NCBI GenBank assembly: GCA_977017645.1
Contig: OZ360220.1
Span: 151,528,001 to 151,592,000 of the forward strand
DNA from: Torpedo marmorata
Taxonomy: Eukaryota
Length of the DNA stretch: 64,000 bases
Direction: 5' to 3'
Shown: positions 47,612 to 59,825 of the stretch, piece after piece
Layout of the letters: each line of letters starts with the position of its first letter
Numbering within the stretch: position 1 is the stretch's first letter
Made by a program: the position numbers and the translations under genes
Notes under the pieces: generated by a model
Database searches by the model: none
What the model saw: only the letters and a program-made list of their open reading frames with translations
Told to the model about the DNA's origin: nothing

Positions 47612-50600
47612 TGTACCCAGGTTCCCAGTTGTACCCAGGTTCCCAGTTGTACCCAGGTTCCCGGTTGTACCCAGGTTCCAGGTTGTACCCAGGTTCCAGC
47701 TTGTACCCAGGTTCCCGGTTGTACCCAGGTTCCAGGTTGTACCCAGGTTCCCGGTTGTACCCAGGTTGTACCCAGGTTCCCGGTTGTACCCAGGTTGTAC
47801 CCAGGTTCCAGGTTGTACCCAGGTTCCAGGTTGTACCCAGGTTCCAGGTTGTACCCAGGTTCCAGGTTGTACCCAGGTTCCAGGTTGTACCCAGGTTCCA
47901 GGTTGTACCCAGGTTCCAGCTTGTACCCAGGTTCCCGGTTGTACCCAGGTTCCAGGTTGTACCCAGGTTCCCGGTTGTACCCAGGTTGTACCCAGGTTCC
48001 CGGTTGTACCCAGGTTGTACCCAGGTTCCAGGTTGTACCCAGGTTCCAGGTTGTACCCAGGTTCCAGGTTGTACCCAGGTTCCAGGTTGTACCCAGGTTC
48101 CAGGTTGTACCCAGGTTCCAGGTTGTACCCAGGTTCCAGCTTGTACCCAGGTTCCCGGTTGTACCCAGGTTCCAGGTTGTACCCAGGTTCCCGGTTGTAC
48201 CCAGGTTGTACCCAGGTTCCAGGTTGTACCCAGGTTCCAGGTTGTACCCAGGTTCCCGGTTGTACCCAGGTTCCAGGTTGTACCCAGGTTCCAGCTTGTA
48301 CCCAGGTTCCCGGTTGTACCCAGGTTCCAGGTTGTACCCAGGTTCCCGGTTGTACCCAGGTTGTACCCAGGTTCCAGGTTGTACCCAGGTTCCCGGTTGT
48401 ACCCAGGTTGTACCCAGGTTCCAGCTTGTACTCAGGTTCCCGGTTGTACCCAGGTTCCAGGTTGTACCCAGGTTGTACCCAGGTTCCAGGTTGTACCCAG
48501 GTTCCAGCTTGTACCCAGGTTCCCGGTTGTACCCAGGTTCCAGCTTGTACTCAGGTTCCCGGTTGTACCCAGGTTCCAGGTTGTACCCAGGTTGTACCCA
48601 GGTTCCCAGTTGTACCCAGGTTCCAGCTTGTACTCAGGTTCCCGGTTGTACCCAGGTTCCAGGCTGTACCCAGGTTCCCGGTTGTATCCAGGTTGTACCC
48701 AGGTTGTACCCAGGTTCCAGGTTGTACCCAGATTCCTGGTCGTACCCAGGTTGTACCCAGGTTGTACCCAGGTTCCCGGTTGTACCCAGGTTCCCGGTTG
48801 TACCCAGGTTCCCGGTTGTACCCAGGTTCCAGGTTGTACCCAGGTTGTACCCAGGTTCCAGGTTGTACCCAGGTTCCAGGTTGTACCCAGGTTCCAGGTT
48901 GTACCCAGGTTGTACCCAGGTTGTACCCAGGTTCCCGGTTGTACCCAGGTTGTATCCAGGTTGTACCCAGGTTCCCGGTTGTACCCAGGTTCCAGGTTGT
49001 ACCCAGGTTGTACCCAGGTTCCAGGTTGTACCCAGGTTCCAGGCTGTACCCAGGTTCCAGGTTGTACCCAGGTTCCCGGTTGTACCCAGGTTCCAGGCTG
49101 TACCCAGGTTCCAGGTTGTACCCAGGTTCCAGGTTGTACCCAGGTTGTATCCAGGTTCCAGGTTGTACCCAGGTTCCAGGCTGTACCCAGGTTCCAGGTT
49201 GTACCCAGGTTCCAGGTTGTACCCAGGTTCCAGGTTGTACCCAGGTTGTACCCAGGTTCCAGGCTGTACCCAGGTTCCAGGTTGTACCCAGGTTGTACCC
49301 AGGTTCCAGGCTGTACCCAGGTTCCAGGCTGTACCCAGGTTCCAGGTTGTACCCAGGTTCCAGGCTGTACCCAGGTTCCAGGTTGTACCCAGGTTCCAGG
49401 TTGTACCCAGGTTCCCGGTTGTACCCAGGTTCCAGGTTGTACCCAGGTTGTATCCAGGTTCCAGGTTGTACCCAGGTTCCCGGTTGTACCCAGGTTGTAT
49501 CCAGGTTCCAGGTTGTACCCAGGTTGTATCCAGGTTCCAGGTTGTACCCAGGTTCCCGGTTGTATCCAGGTTCCAGTTTGTACCCAGGTTCCAGGCTGTA
49601 CCCAGGTTGTACCCAGGTTCCAGGTTGTACCCAGGTTCCAGGCTGTACCCAGGTTGTACCCAGGTTCCCGGTTGTACCCAGGTTCCAGGTTGTACCCAGG
49701 TTCCAGGCTGTACCCAGGTTCCCGGTTGTACCCAGGTTGTACCCAGGTTCCAGATTGTACCCAGGTTCCCGGTTGTACCCAGGTTCCAGGTTGTACCCAG
49801 GTTCCAGGTTGTACCCAGGTTCCAGGTTGTACCCAGGTTCCCGGTTGTACCCAGGTTCCAGGCTGTACCCAGGTTCCCGGTTGTACCCAGGTTCCCGGTT
49901 GTACCCAGGTTCCAGGTTGTACCCAGGTTCCAGGCTGTACCCAGGTTCCCGGTTGTACCCAGGTTCCCGGTTGTACCAGAGGTTCCAGGCTGTACCCAGG
50001 TTCCCGGTTGTACCCAGGTTCCCGGTTGTACCCAGGTTCCCGGTTGTACCAGAGGTTCCAGGCTGTACCCAGGTTCCCGGTTGTACCCAGGTTCCCGGTT
50101 GTACCAGAGGTTCCAGGCTGTACCCAGGTTCCAGGCTGTACCCAGGTTCCAGGCTGTACCCAGGTTCCTGGTTGTACCCAGGTTGTACCCAGGTTCCCGG
50201 TTGTACCAGAGGTTCCAGGCTGTACCCAGGTTCCAGGCTGTACCCAGGTTCCAGGCTGTACCCAGGTTCCAGGTTGTATCCAGGTTCCAGGTTGTACCCA
50301 GGTTCCAGGTTGTATCCAGGTTCCAGGCTGTACCCAGGTTGTACCCAGGTTCCAGGTTGTACCCAGGTTCCAGGCTGTACCCAGGTTCCAGGCTGTACCC
50401 AGGTTCCAGGTTGTATCCAGGTTCCAGGTTGTACCCAGGTTCCAGGTTGTATCCAGGTTCCAGGCTGTACCCAGGTTGTGCCCAGGTTCCAGGCTGTACC
50501 CAGGTTCCAGGTTGTATCCAGGTTCCAGGTTGTACCCAGGTTCCAGGTTGTATCCAGGTTCCAGGCTGTACCCAGGCTGTACCCAGGTTCCCGGTTGTAC

Positions 50601-50734
50601 CCAGGTTCCCGGTTGTACCCAGGTTGTACCCAGGTTCCATGCTGTACCCAGGTTCCAGGCTGTACCCAGGTTCCTGGTTGTACCCAGGTTGTACCCAGGT
50701 TCCAGGTTATACCCAGGTTATACCCAGGTTCCAG
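47612..50734. repeat. 3.1-kb minisatellite of interspersed 18-bp (GTACCCAGGTTCCAGGTT) and 11-bp (GTACCCAGGTT) units
   Basis: Directly visible tandem array with variant units CCCGGTT, CCAGCTT, CCAGGCT, GTATCC and ACCAGAGG. Confidence 0.97.
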
Positions 50735-51049
50735 ACTGTGCTGTTGACAATGCAGCCCACCCTTCAGCGTTTACTGGAGAGTCAGCCTTCATTTCTGTTC
50801 TGAATCGGTGAGATTCTGGATTCAGAGTTGGGGCCCATCCCCGAAGCACTTGACGTACCTTTCTGTTGGCAGAGCTGCTTTCCCACCAGGTCATCTGTGG
50901 TTTCTCGTTCTTTGGCTCATTTTCCATTTTAATGCATGTGCTAAATTTTAACTGGCTGTTGCTCCTAGGGCTGGAAGTATCTAACACTGAACTCAAACAC
51001 TAAGCATTGGATCCCAGAATGTAAGTAAGTAGGGCCTCAGTTCTGTCAC

Positions 51050-51510
51050 CGGGAGGTTCAGCAGGTTAATTCCATAAATGAAGGGATTACCTTATGAATA
51101 AAGATGGAATAGCCTGGGGCTACCCTCATTGGGGTTTGGAAGGATGACAGCGGATCTTTTAGAGACATATAAAATTATGGAGGGAGTAGATAAGATGGAA
51201 GCAGGGAGAATGTTTCCACTAGCAGGTGAAAGTAGATCTGGGACATAGGCTCAATATTCAGGGGAGTAGATTTAAGACAAAGATGAGGAGGAACAGCTTC
51301 TCCCAGAGAGTAGTGAATCTGGGGAATTCTCTGCCTAATGAAGCAGTAGAGGCTGCCTCGATAAATGTATTTAAGACACAGATAGACAGAGTTTTGAATA
51401 TTGGGGGAGTTAAGGGATTTGGGGAACAGGCAGGTAAGTGGAGCTGTGCCCACGGCCAGATCAGCCATAATATTATTGAATGGCGGAGCAGGCTCGACGG
51501 GCCGGATCGT
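51050..51510 (+). mobile_element. CR1 3' fragment
   Basis: GHRLNIQGSRFKTKMRRNSFSQRVVNL...GEQAGKWS. Confidence 0.85.
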
Positions 51511-52649
51511 CATGAAGAGGCCAGTTCATTGAAAATATACAAGGCTTTTTGGACCAAGATCAGACAAGAAAGTAGAATTGAGATCAAATATTTGATTGGC
51601 CATGAAATTATTGAGTGGCTGAGCAGATTTGTGGGCTGTGAGGCTCCTGTTGCTTACATTACTGTCTTATGTACCCAGTCAGGCCTGTGTGCGATTCCAG
51701 ACTCAGTAATGTGGTTCACTCTTCCCTCCCCACTGAAATGGCCCAAGAAGTCACTAAGTTCAGGCAATAACTTGAAATGTACTTCAAAATAATTCTGGTT
51801 TTCAATCCATATCCTGTAACCAAATTAAAAAAATATATACTTTGACCTTTTTGTCAAATATGTTCTTAACCCACCTTTTGCAATCATTTAAAGTGAACAT
51901 CTCCCCACTGTTAAAACCTACTATATTCTATTGCCATTAATTTCACATTCATTTTTTTCCTGTTGTAATTGCCCATATGGCTGACTCCTCTACTTTCCTG
52001 TTTTCCTATTGTCAGGTTTTCTAATCCTAAGATTTTTTCCCCTCTTTAGCTCTTACTCCAATGAACACTCTAAGAAAACCTAGGCGTGACATTTCTGCTA
52101 TAGCAACCACACCTCCACAGGAAAGCAAGGACAATCTCTTATGTACCAAGAAAGCCTTTGAGAGGCTGGCAGCAAAATAAATCCTCCTTTATGGAACAAG
52201 ATGGATTAGTGGGATGCACTGGACTGAGGATTTAACCCTACCCCCCAGCTTTCTTTTCCTGGACTAGTCATTCAGACCCCTGCTGCTGTTTACAATCAAA
52301 CAGAACAGGAGAGGCTCTGAACAATACAAGACTGAGTTGTGGAAGAGTCTAATCTCACTTTAATACTTTTCCAAGTTCAGAAACGAATGAAAATGCAACT
52401 TAACCCATTAACTGCAGCGTTCAGGTTGTAAGCAGGGAAAGTGAGTGTTGGGGATAGGTCCGTACAGCGATGTGGTTACTGTACCAACACCCCATGACCT
52501 GACCTATTGGTCCAGAGACATGAGTACAAATCCCACCATGAAAAATGGAGAGGTTAAATTCAAGTAAGTTGGAATTTATCTGTCTTTGAGCCATGATGAT
52601 TGGATTGTCGTAAAATATCATATTGCTTCCATATTTCCTTCTGACAAAG

Positions 52650-53125
52650 GAGGCCATTTAGCCCATTGAGTCTATGCTAGCTCACACAACAACCTCACTT
52701 CCCTCAGTCATTTTCCCTGTTCTCCACCACTTCCCATTAACTCACAGTACACGGGTGGCAACTTACAGTGGCCAATTAACGGACCAACCCACACGTCTTT
52801 GGGTTGTGGGAGGAAACTAGAGCACCCTGGGGTATACGTAGTAAAAGGAAGATCGTACGTCCAGTCTGTGCAACAGTTGTTTCCACCAAGCCATCAGGCT
52901 CCTCAATTCCTAGATATATATGTGTATTAGCATGCCATAGTTTTTTTTATTGTATTATGATATTTATGTACATCTGCCCATGGTCCTGGAGAAACGCTAT
53001 CTCGTCTTACTGTGTATATGGTAATGAACGACAAATAAAGGTGACTTGACTTGACTTGACTTGAATGTGCAAACTGTGCACAGACAACAGGATTGAGCCT
53101 GGACTACTGGAGCTGCTGCACCATG
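52650..53125 (-). mobile_element. Degenerate SINE containing a plus-strand Rex/L2-type 3' tail (about 52865-53063, AATAAA plus (GACTT)n)
   Basis: SINE motifs on - flank 'acaaataaaggtgacttgacttgacttgacttga'. Confidence 0.55.
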
Positions 53126-54609
53126 TTGTATCTCGGGGAAAAAAATCTACCATCCTCATCTAGTTGTGTCTACTTGTGACTCCAAACCTCAGCAACGTGC
53201 TTGACACGTAGCTGCCCTCTGACATAGCCTAGGAAGCCATTTACTTAGGGAGCAATTAGCAACGGGCAATAAATGGTGACCTTGTTAGCAGTGTCTACAA
53301 CCTGTGAACAAATACATTTAAAATAAAATTTCAACATTATTGCAAGAATGCTGTCACTGTACAAACACTTTGTTTATATTAGTTAAAAACTAAATGATAG
53401 TGATAGTTAAAACTTAATATTTAACTAAATTAGATTGGCAACACTATTTTATACTTGAGTTCTTTAAAATATTCCACATCTTTGTAGATTTACATTAAAT
53501 GCAGTATGTCTCAATACACACTTTGGCAAATTCCTCTATAACTATGACTGGCCTGGTGATCAGAAATCTAAAATATTGTTGTAAAAGAATTATTAAAACT
53601 TGATTCATTTTAATCTCATTTTAAATTTGATACTGCAGTTTTTCTTGTTCTTTTTAAAACAAAGTCAGTGTTCAAAGTACAAATGGTTTTGCTATAACGT
53701 GATGGAATTCTTTCAATTTTACAGCTAAGAAAGCTATCCTGTCACTGTTGGATAAATGTCCCAGTAAGTAGCCTGTTGCAATACGATTAGATAGGACTGA
53801 TAAGACAAGCAGTAGTTTTAGCTCCTGGTATGTCATTTGTGCATCTGTGTTTGTGCTAAGGATCTTGTGGACCATCCTATTCACACCTGTATCCACAGAT
53901 TTCCAGATAAGCTGTGGACAGTAAACTATCCAATCTGGTCTTTCACCAGGATCATGAGTGTTGATTCTATGCCTTCAGAAATTGAACGTGTGTAAAGTCA
54001 ATCCTTGCAAACAATCAAAACAAGATCCAAGAGGCAGATTTAAGGCTCTGGAATTTATCCTGTGCCTTCCACACTGACTGAATCCATTCCTGCGCATCTT
54101 TAAAGGAAGCTACATGAATCTATTATGGCTTTTACACAACTGCTGCGTAACGGGAAATTATTGCAAAATTCCCGGAATGCAGGCTGTGTGAAAAGTTCGG
54201 AACAGAAATGAGTGACTCATTCCCGTTCTGAAATTTGTCCTGCGGCAGCCCTAGACATAATTGCAGACTGCCTGCAGTCTAAACTGAACTGCAGGCAGTA
54301 TGCAACAATGGTACGAATACGATGTCGACCCACGTCCAGCTAAGTAAGTACCACACCTCAGGTACTTAGTCTAAAAACGCGGCGATATGCATACAGTGGT
54401 CGTTCTGTGTGAACGGCAACTCCAGAAGGTAGGTGTGAAAATTGTCGACAGAAAAAAGCCGATTCAGGTGATTCAGAAGGCATATGTGATACTAGCCTTT
54501 ATTGGCTGAGACATAGAATATAAGAGGCATAAAATTAATAAAGCTGCTACTTCATAACACCTGTGACGGGTTCATTTCTGACCTTGGGTGCTGTCTGTGT
54601 GGAGTTTGC

Positions 54610-56051
54610 CCATTTTATGTGTGACCCTTTTATTGCTATTTTTGGAATGAGTGGACCAATGGATTTAATTTTGACTCCATCACAATCCTGTGTAGTTGCT
54701 TTTGCTTCCCTGGTTGCTCGAAGGCTCATTTTGCTGCGGTGGAAAGATGTTGTCCCTCCCACACATACACAATGGTTATTGGATTTGACGGCATCCCTCT
54801 CTCTAGAGAAAATTAGGTGTTCAACTACTAAAACGAGTATTAAATTTTTTTCTCTTTGGGGTTCTTTTTTCAATTATTTTCAAAATTTATAGATCAATTA
54901 TTTTTGCTTGTTATTAAAAATCTTTTATATATTTTTCTCTTTTTCTTCAATTCCTGAACTATTAGTATTGAAATTAGTAGTTGACACCTGGCTTAAATAG
55001 GAATCGCTCATATAATAGGTTGGGGTTAGAAATTAGATTAGTTGTAGATTTTTTTTTTCTTTTCCTTTTTTTAAAATCAATAACATGGATCATATGTATC
55101 TTGTTTACCGTTGTTTGCTATCTGTAATTTTATTTTACATTTACCTGAACTTTATATCATATGTATCATATGTTTTTCATCGAAGATGGTGCTGCCGCTG
55201 GTGCGGACCCGCGGGGAGCGTGGGAGCGGAGATACAGCGCTCCCGCGGGGTCCAGCCGCCCAGTCGACTGCCGTCGGTTCTGCACGGGCTTTGAACGGCC
55301 CGTTGAGGGAGCCGATGGTGGTTTTATTTACGATCCTGCGACCGCAGGGTCTGCGCCCAAGATGGCAGCGCCTTTTAACCGGCAGCAGCCACGAGGGGCT
55401 GCAGACTCCGGGGAAGCGGAGGACTGGAGCAGGGCACCAGAGGACGGAAAGATCACCCCCCGTCTGAGAAGGAGAAGCGGAGGAGACGACCCACGGGATG
55501 GTGACCACGGCGGCGGACCAGTGAGGGGCTCTGAGGCTGAAGGACCAGTGCATGCGATGGGCTGCTGGCGACTGGAGGCGAGGAACCCGCAGAGGCTGTG
55601 GGCTGCTGGAGACTGCTGTCGGGGGACTCAAGCCGGGCTGCGGACTGTTGGAGGCTGGCTCGATCTGGCTGGAGGAGTACCAGGTATCAGAACCGGGATG
55701 CGAGGGGGTGCCGAGGGCGCCCTGACCGTGTCGGAGGTTCGGATCTGGAGCTCGGAATGCTGATAGTTTGGACTGGACTCTATGTGGCTGCGGAAGTGCT
55801 GGAGGCGAATCTACGGACACTCGGTGACTCTGGGGAGACTCTCTTTTGCTTCTCTTTCTCTGACTGTAAGGAATGTTAGAGACGCTTAGGCAATTTCTGT
55901 CGGTGGCGAATCTGTCTGCCTTGCAGCAGGCAAAAAGAAATTTCATGCAATATGACACTGTTTTATTACTATGACAATAAATTGAATCTTGAATCTTGAA
56001 ACTATGTATTTGAATTTTTTTTCTCAAAAACCAATAAAAAGATTGAAAAAG
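54610..56051 (+). mobile_element. L1-clade 3' fragment (ORF2 C-terminus and 3' UTR) flanked by 97-bp direct repeats and interrupted by another element
   Basis: IAIFG...FASLVARRLILLRWK..PPTHTQWL..L...LSLEKIR...KFFSLWGSF, U-rich UTR, ends aataaaaagattgaaaaag. Repeats at 54513-54609 and 56052-56148. Confidence 0.82.
55182..56000 (+). mobile_element. GC/CpG-rich non-autonomous retroposon with Rex/L2-type 3' tail
   Basis: Sharp compositional boundary inside the L1 UTR. Ends gacaataaattgaatcttgaatcttgaa, like the Rex tails at about 25570 and 30210. No RT motifs and no tRNA A/B boxes seen. Confidence 0.65.
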
Positions 56052-58693
56052 ATAGAATATAAGAGGCATAAAATTAATAAAGCTGCTACTTCATAACACC
56101 TGTGACGGGTTCATTTCTGACCTTGGGTGCTGTCTGTGTGGAGTTTGCATGTTTTCTGTGTGACCAAATAGGTTTCGTTCTGAGTGTGCCAGATTCCTCC
56201 CACATCCCAAAGCTGTTTGGGCTGGTAGGTTAATTGCCCGCTGTAAATTGGCCCCAGGTATTGGTGAGAGGTGGAATCTGGAGGGGGTTGACAGGAATGC
56301 GCGGAGAATACCATTATTGTAATGCACAGATTCAATGGGCTGAAGGCCCTGGTTCCACGATGGCTCTATGGCTTCATGGCTCTAAATGTAAGAAGATGAT
56401 GCGTGGTCTGTATTAATAACTAATTAGGTACTGTATACATTTCCTGTCACATTACCAAATGGAGAATGTGCAGAGGATCTTTACAAGGATATTGTGAGGG
56501 CAGGTGTATTATAATTAAGAGAGACTGACTAGGCTGGGGTTGTTTTCTTTGGAACAGATGGAGACTAAGGGAGATTTAATGCAATGTACAAATTTAGATA
56601 AAGTGAAAAGGAAGATCCCATCTCCCTTGGCAGAGAAATCAATTAACTAGCAGACATAGAACAAGAGGGGGGTGTCTAAAGGGGAGTCGAGGAAAGCGAA
56701 CAATCGGGATCTGGAACTCACAGCTTACAATGATGTTGAAAGCAAAAGCACTCACTGCATTTAAATTTTGCCTGTGCTTTAGCAGAGCGCTGGAAAATGA
56801 GAGTAACCCAAATGGCTCAATTATTTTGGCCTGTATGGGTTCGATGGGCGAATGGTCTTTTTTTGATCCGTCTCCAGCATGCCATTGACCATTGTGTGAT
56901 ATTGAAGGCACCGTCTGCAAATCCATGCGAGTAAGGCAGAACAGTAATAACAGAGCTCACAGTTTGATGCCATTATGCTGACTTGTTTGTAAATTAAAAT
57001 TGCTTGCTTGCAAATTAAAAAATCTCCCAGTGGTATGAGCTTTCAAAGTTGCTGGTAATTGCCAATCTTAAATCTAGTTTTATTACTTTTTTTATTGAAT
57101 TAAGAAGGCATAAGAATTTGTCAACCAGTAACAAACCATTGATACCTGTGACCCAGCCATTGTGAATGTGAAATATGCTGACTATTTTAGAAAAACAAGT
57201 ACTTGGTGGTCAATATCAGACTAAAATCTTCAGCTATATTTATGGTAATAAACATTGCATTGTGTGCTTTCAAGGCATGTCTTGTAAAACAGAGGTAAAA
57301 GGGACAACTAGGAGTTGACTTGTGCAATTAAATGCATTGGTAATGAATGCAGATATCGTGAAACTGCTTCACTGCTCTTAGTGAAGGTAACTGGGAGAGC
57401 ACAGGCTTTCTCTTTGAACAAAAGCCTTTACTGCTCCGTGATAGTATTTCTCACTGAGGATTTCTTCTAAGCGGTAAGCTGACACTCTGGTCTTATTAAG
57501 ACTGAGTTAAAGTATAACAACATATTAAGCTTGCACTGCACTACATCAAGGATTCTGGACTAAAGACTTATCATTTCTGCTACACTTCTTCTGATAGGAA
57601 TCTATACTCCAATCACAAGAAGAGATAAAAGCAGTTAAAAGCTTAAAGTACAGAGTATTTTGACTAGATAATGTGTCTCACTGGTTGAATTTTCACTGTC
57701 TCTGAGCACACAATCTACATCATTAGAGACTTAAGTGCTTCATATTTTGGGTAAAAGGAATACTGTTTATTAGTATAAAAGTAGAAACAGCTGTAAACAT
57801 TTGCTTTGATGAAGATGACTATGGCTTCTCTGTGCCTTGAGGCACATATCCACTGTGTGTCAATCATTAAAAGAAGAATGTAAGGTGTATGCAGGGTCAG
57901 TAGAAGGCTATTGGACATTTCAAAGGCCTTAGGGGTTCTAGCAAGCCCAGCGTGGCTTGTGGGATGGAAAATTTACAGGCTATATCGCCTCCTGACCTTT
58001 GGCCTGCCCAGGCACCTCTCTGGCTAGCCTTAAGCCCTTGTCTGTCTCGTGGACACATAAGGTGACACTGCTTGACACCCCAGGACACTTGCATATTTCT
58101 GGCTGCCACATGAGGTTGCTTGCTTTTGCAAAGAGTAAGTCAATTCATCCCGACATTGCAGAGATGAGAGAGAAAGACATGGAACCAGTGGTCCTGCTGG
58201 TTTTTATGGACACTTGAGTCCATGCGTGGAGAGTAGAGTGTGTAAATATCTGGGAAGGTAGGGTGCCATTTACTCTTTTGAGTTTGTTACACTTTCAGCA
58301 TGCAGACAGTAGCTTCAAAGCTTTTTCCTGTTACACTCTTTGGAAGTAATGCACACTTCCAAAAATGAATCATATTTTTGTTAATTTTTTGCCAATAATT
58401 ACTCTCTCAAAAGCAATGGCTACATCCTGTTTATGCCCTTCTTCATTTCAAAATAAAATTGACAACTTCCCAGACATTACAAGGCATAGAGAAAGGTTAA
58501 GATCCAAGCTATGTCGAACAGTTTGCCAACTATTTAGCAGTGCATATCCAGCTTGCCAAGACTCTAGAGGGGATGGAGAACCAGAATTACTAACAGTATT
58601 CAGCGTTAATGAGACCAAATTATTTGAGCAAAACTATTTTTGGATGAGCAAAATATTTTGGAATGATGTGTTACCTTTCTCATGTGGCTGATA

Positions 58694-58853
58694 AGAATCA
58701 GAATTTATTGTCATGAACAAGTCATGAAATTCGGTGTTTTGCGGCAGCATCATAGTGCAAAAATTCATATTATTACCATCTTACGACATTACTATATAAA
58801 AAAAATATAAATAATAGTGCACGAAAGTAAGGCAGTGTCTTTGGTTCATTGAT
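58694..58853 (-). mobile_element. Short Rex1/Babar 3' tail copy
   Basis: Nearly identical to 30214-30377. Confidence 0.85.
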
Positions 58854-59061
58854 TTTAAATGTTCATTTTTAAATGTTGTATCAGACTGGTGCTTGGATGA
58901 AGAACATTATAAGCAACCTAAATTTAATTTAGATGCTCAGGGTTAAAAATTAATAAAAATCTGAATGCTCGCTCTTAGACAGCAGTTTGCATTATGAACC
59001 TAACGATATAAACAATTGCTTGGGTCTTATTAAAAGTGAATTGAGAGCTGCAGCAAACAAT

Positions 59062-59825
59062 AGGCCTTTTCACACTGCCGAGTGCATGTGGGCAGACCGT
59101 CCGATTTCCCGGGAACTTACCTGTAAAATGTCCAGTCTGAAAAGGCCCAACCTGCCATGGCGGGTCAAAATTGACCGGGCTCCGAGACCTACTCGGGGGT
59201 ACTCTCGGAGCCCGGCCGAGTTAACCCGGCAGCCGTCCTCTGGCGGTCTGAAAAAGCAAATGGCTTACCCAGTAATATTACTGACGTCAGCGCCTGCGTG
59301 CTTGCGTCACATAAAACCCATAACAATAGAAATAAGAGATACAACAATATAAATGTTTCTTTAATGATGGCAAAGGGACCTAAGCCACAATATTAAAAGT
59401 ATTTTAAAATTGAAAAACTTGTAGCTTACCGAGATCAAAAAACAACGAGCCCGCTCAGGGCGGCGGCGGCTCAATGCGGGATCAATGGCCGTCTTCGTTA
59501 CCCATAATCCCCCACGCAGTTGGAACCACTCTGCGTTTCCCCGCCGCTGGCAAAGTGACAGCTGCGTGGGGGATTATGGATAACGAAGACGCCCATTGAT
59601 CCTGCATTGAGCCGCCGCCCTGAGCGGGCCCGTTGTTTTTTGAAACATTTCCTGTGAGTGCATAACGCGTCACTCGCATCATCATCGTTGGAGGCGGGAC
59701 CGCCCTTAAATTGCCTGGTTGCTACTTCTGCAGGTAAGTTACTCTGCAGTCTGAAAGAACCCGGAGGTCCAGGCTTCGCTGGAACTTTTCCCAGGACACA
59801 AGATGTCGGCGGTCTGAAAACGCCT
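59062..59825. mobile_element. Non-autonomous DNA transposon (PIF/Harbinger-like) with long internal palindrome
   Basis: Imperfect TIRs AGGCCTTTTCACACTGCCGA / TCGGCGGTCTGAAAACGCCT, 3-bp flanking duplication AAT, internal GTCTGAAA repeats, inverted repeat at 59435-59643. Confidence 0.7.

Noticed and set aside
47612-50734. CRISPR-like array
   Set aside because: No unique spacers and no cas genes; vertebrate context.
47543-50811. ORFs of about 1000 aa (CTQVPG/LYPGSR repeats) as a novel repeat protein
   Set aside because: All three frames are open only because the unit has no stop codons. The 11-bp units shift frame freely, there is no ATG start or unique domain, and the ORFs are antisense within an intron.
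55111-56069. 200-305-aa ORFs in the GC-rich insert
   Set aside because: Overlapping on both strands, no recognisable domain, and expected by chance at high GC.
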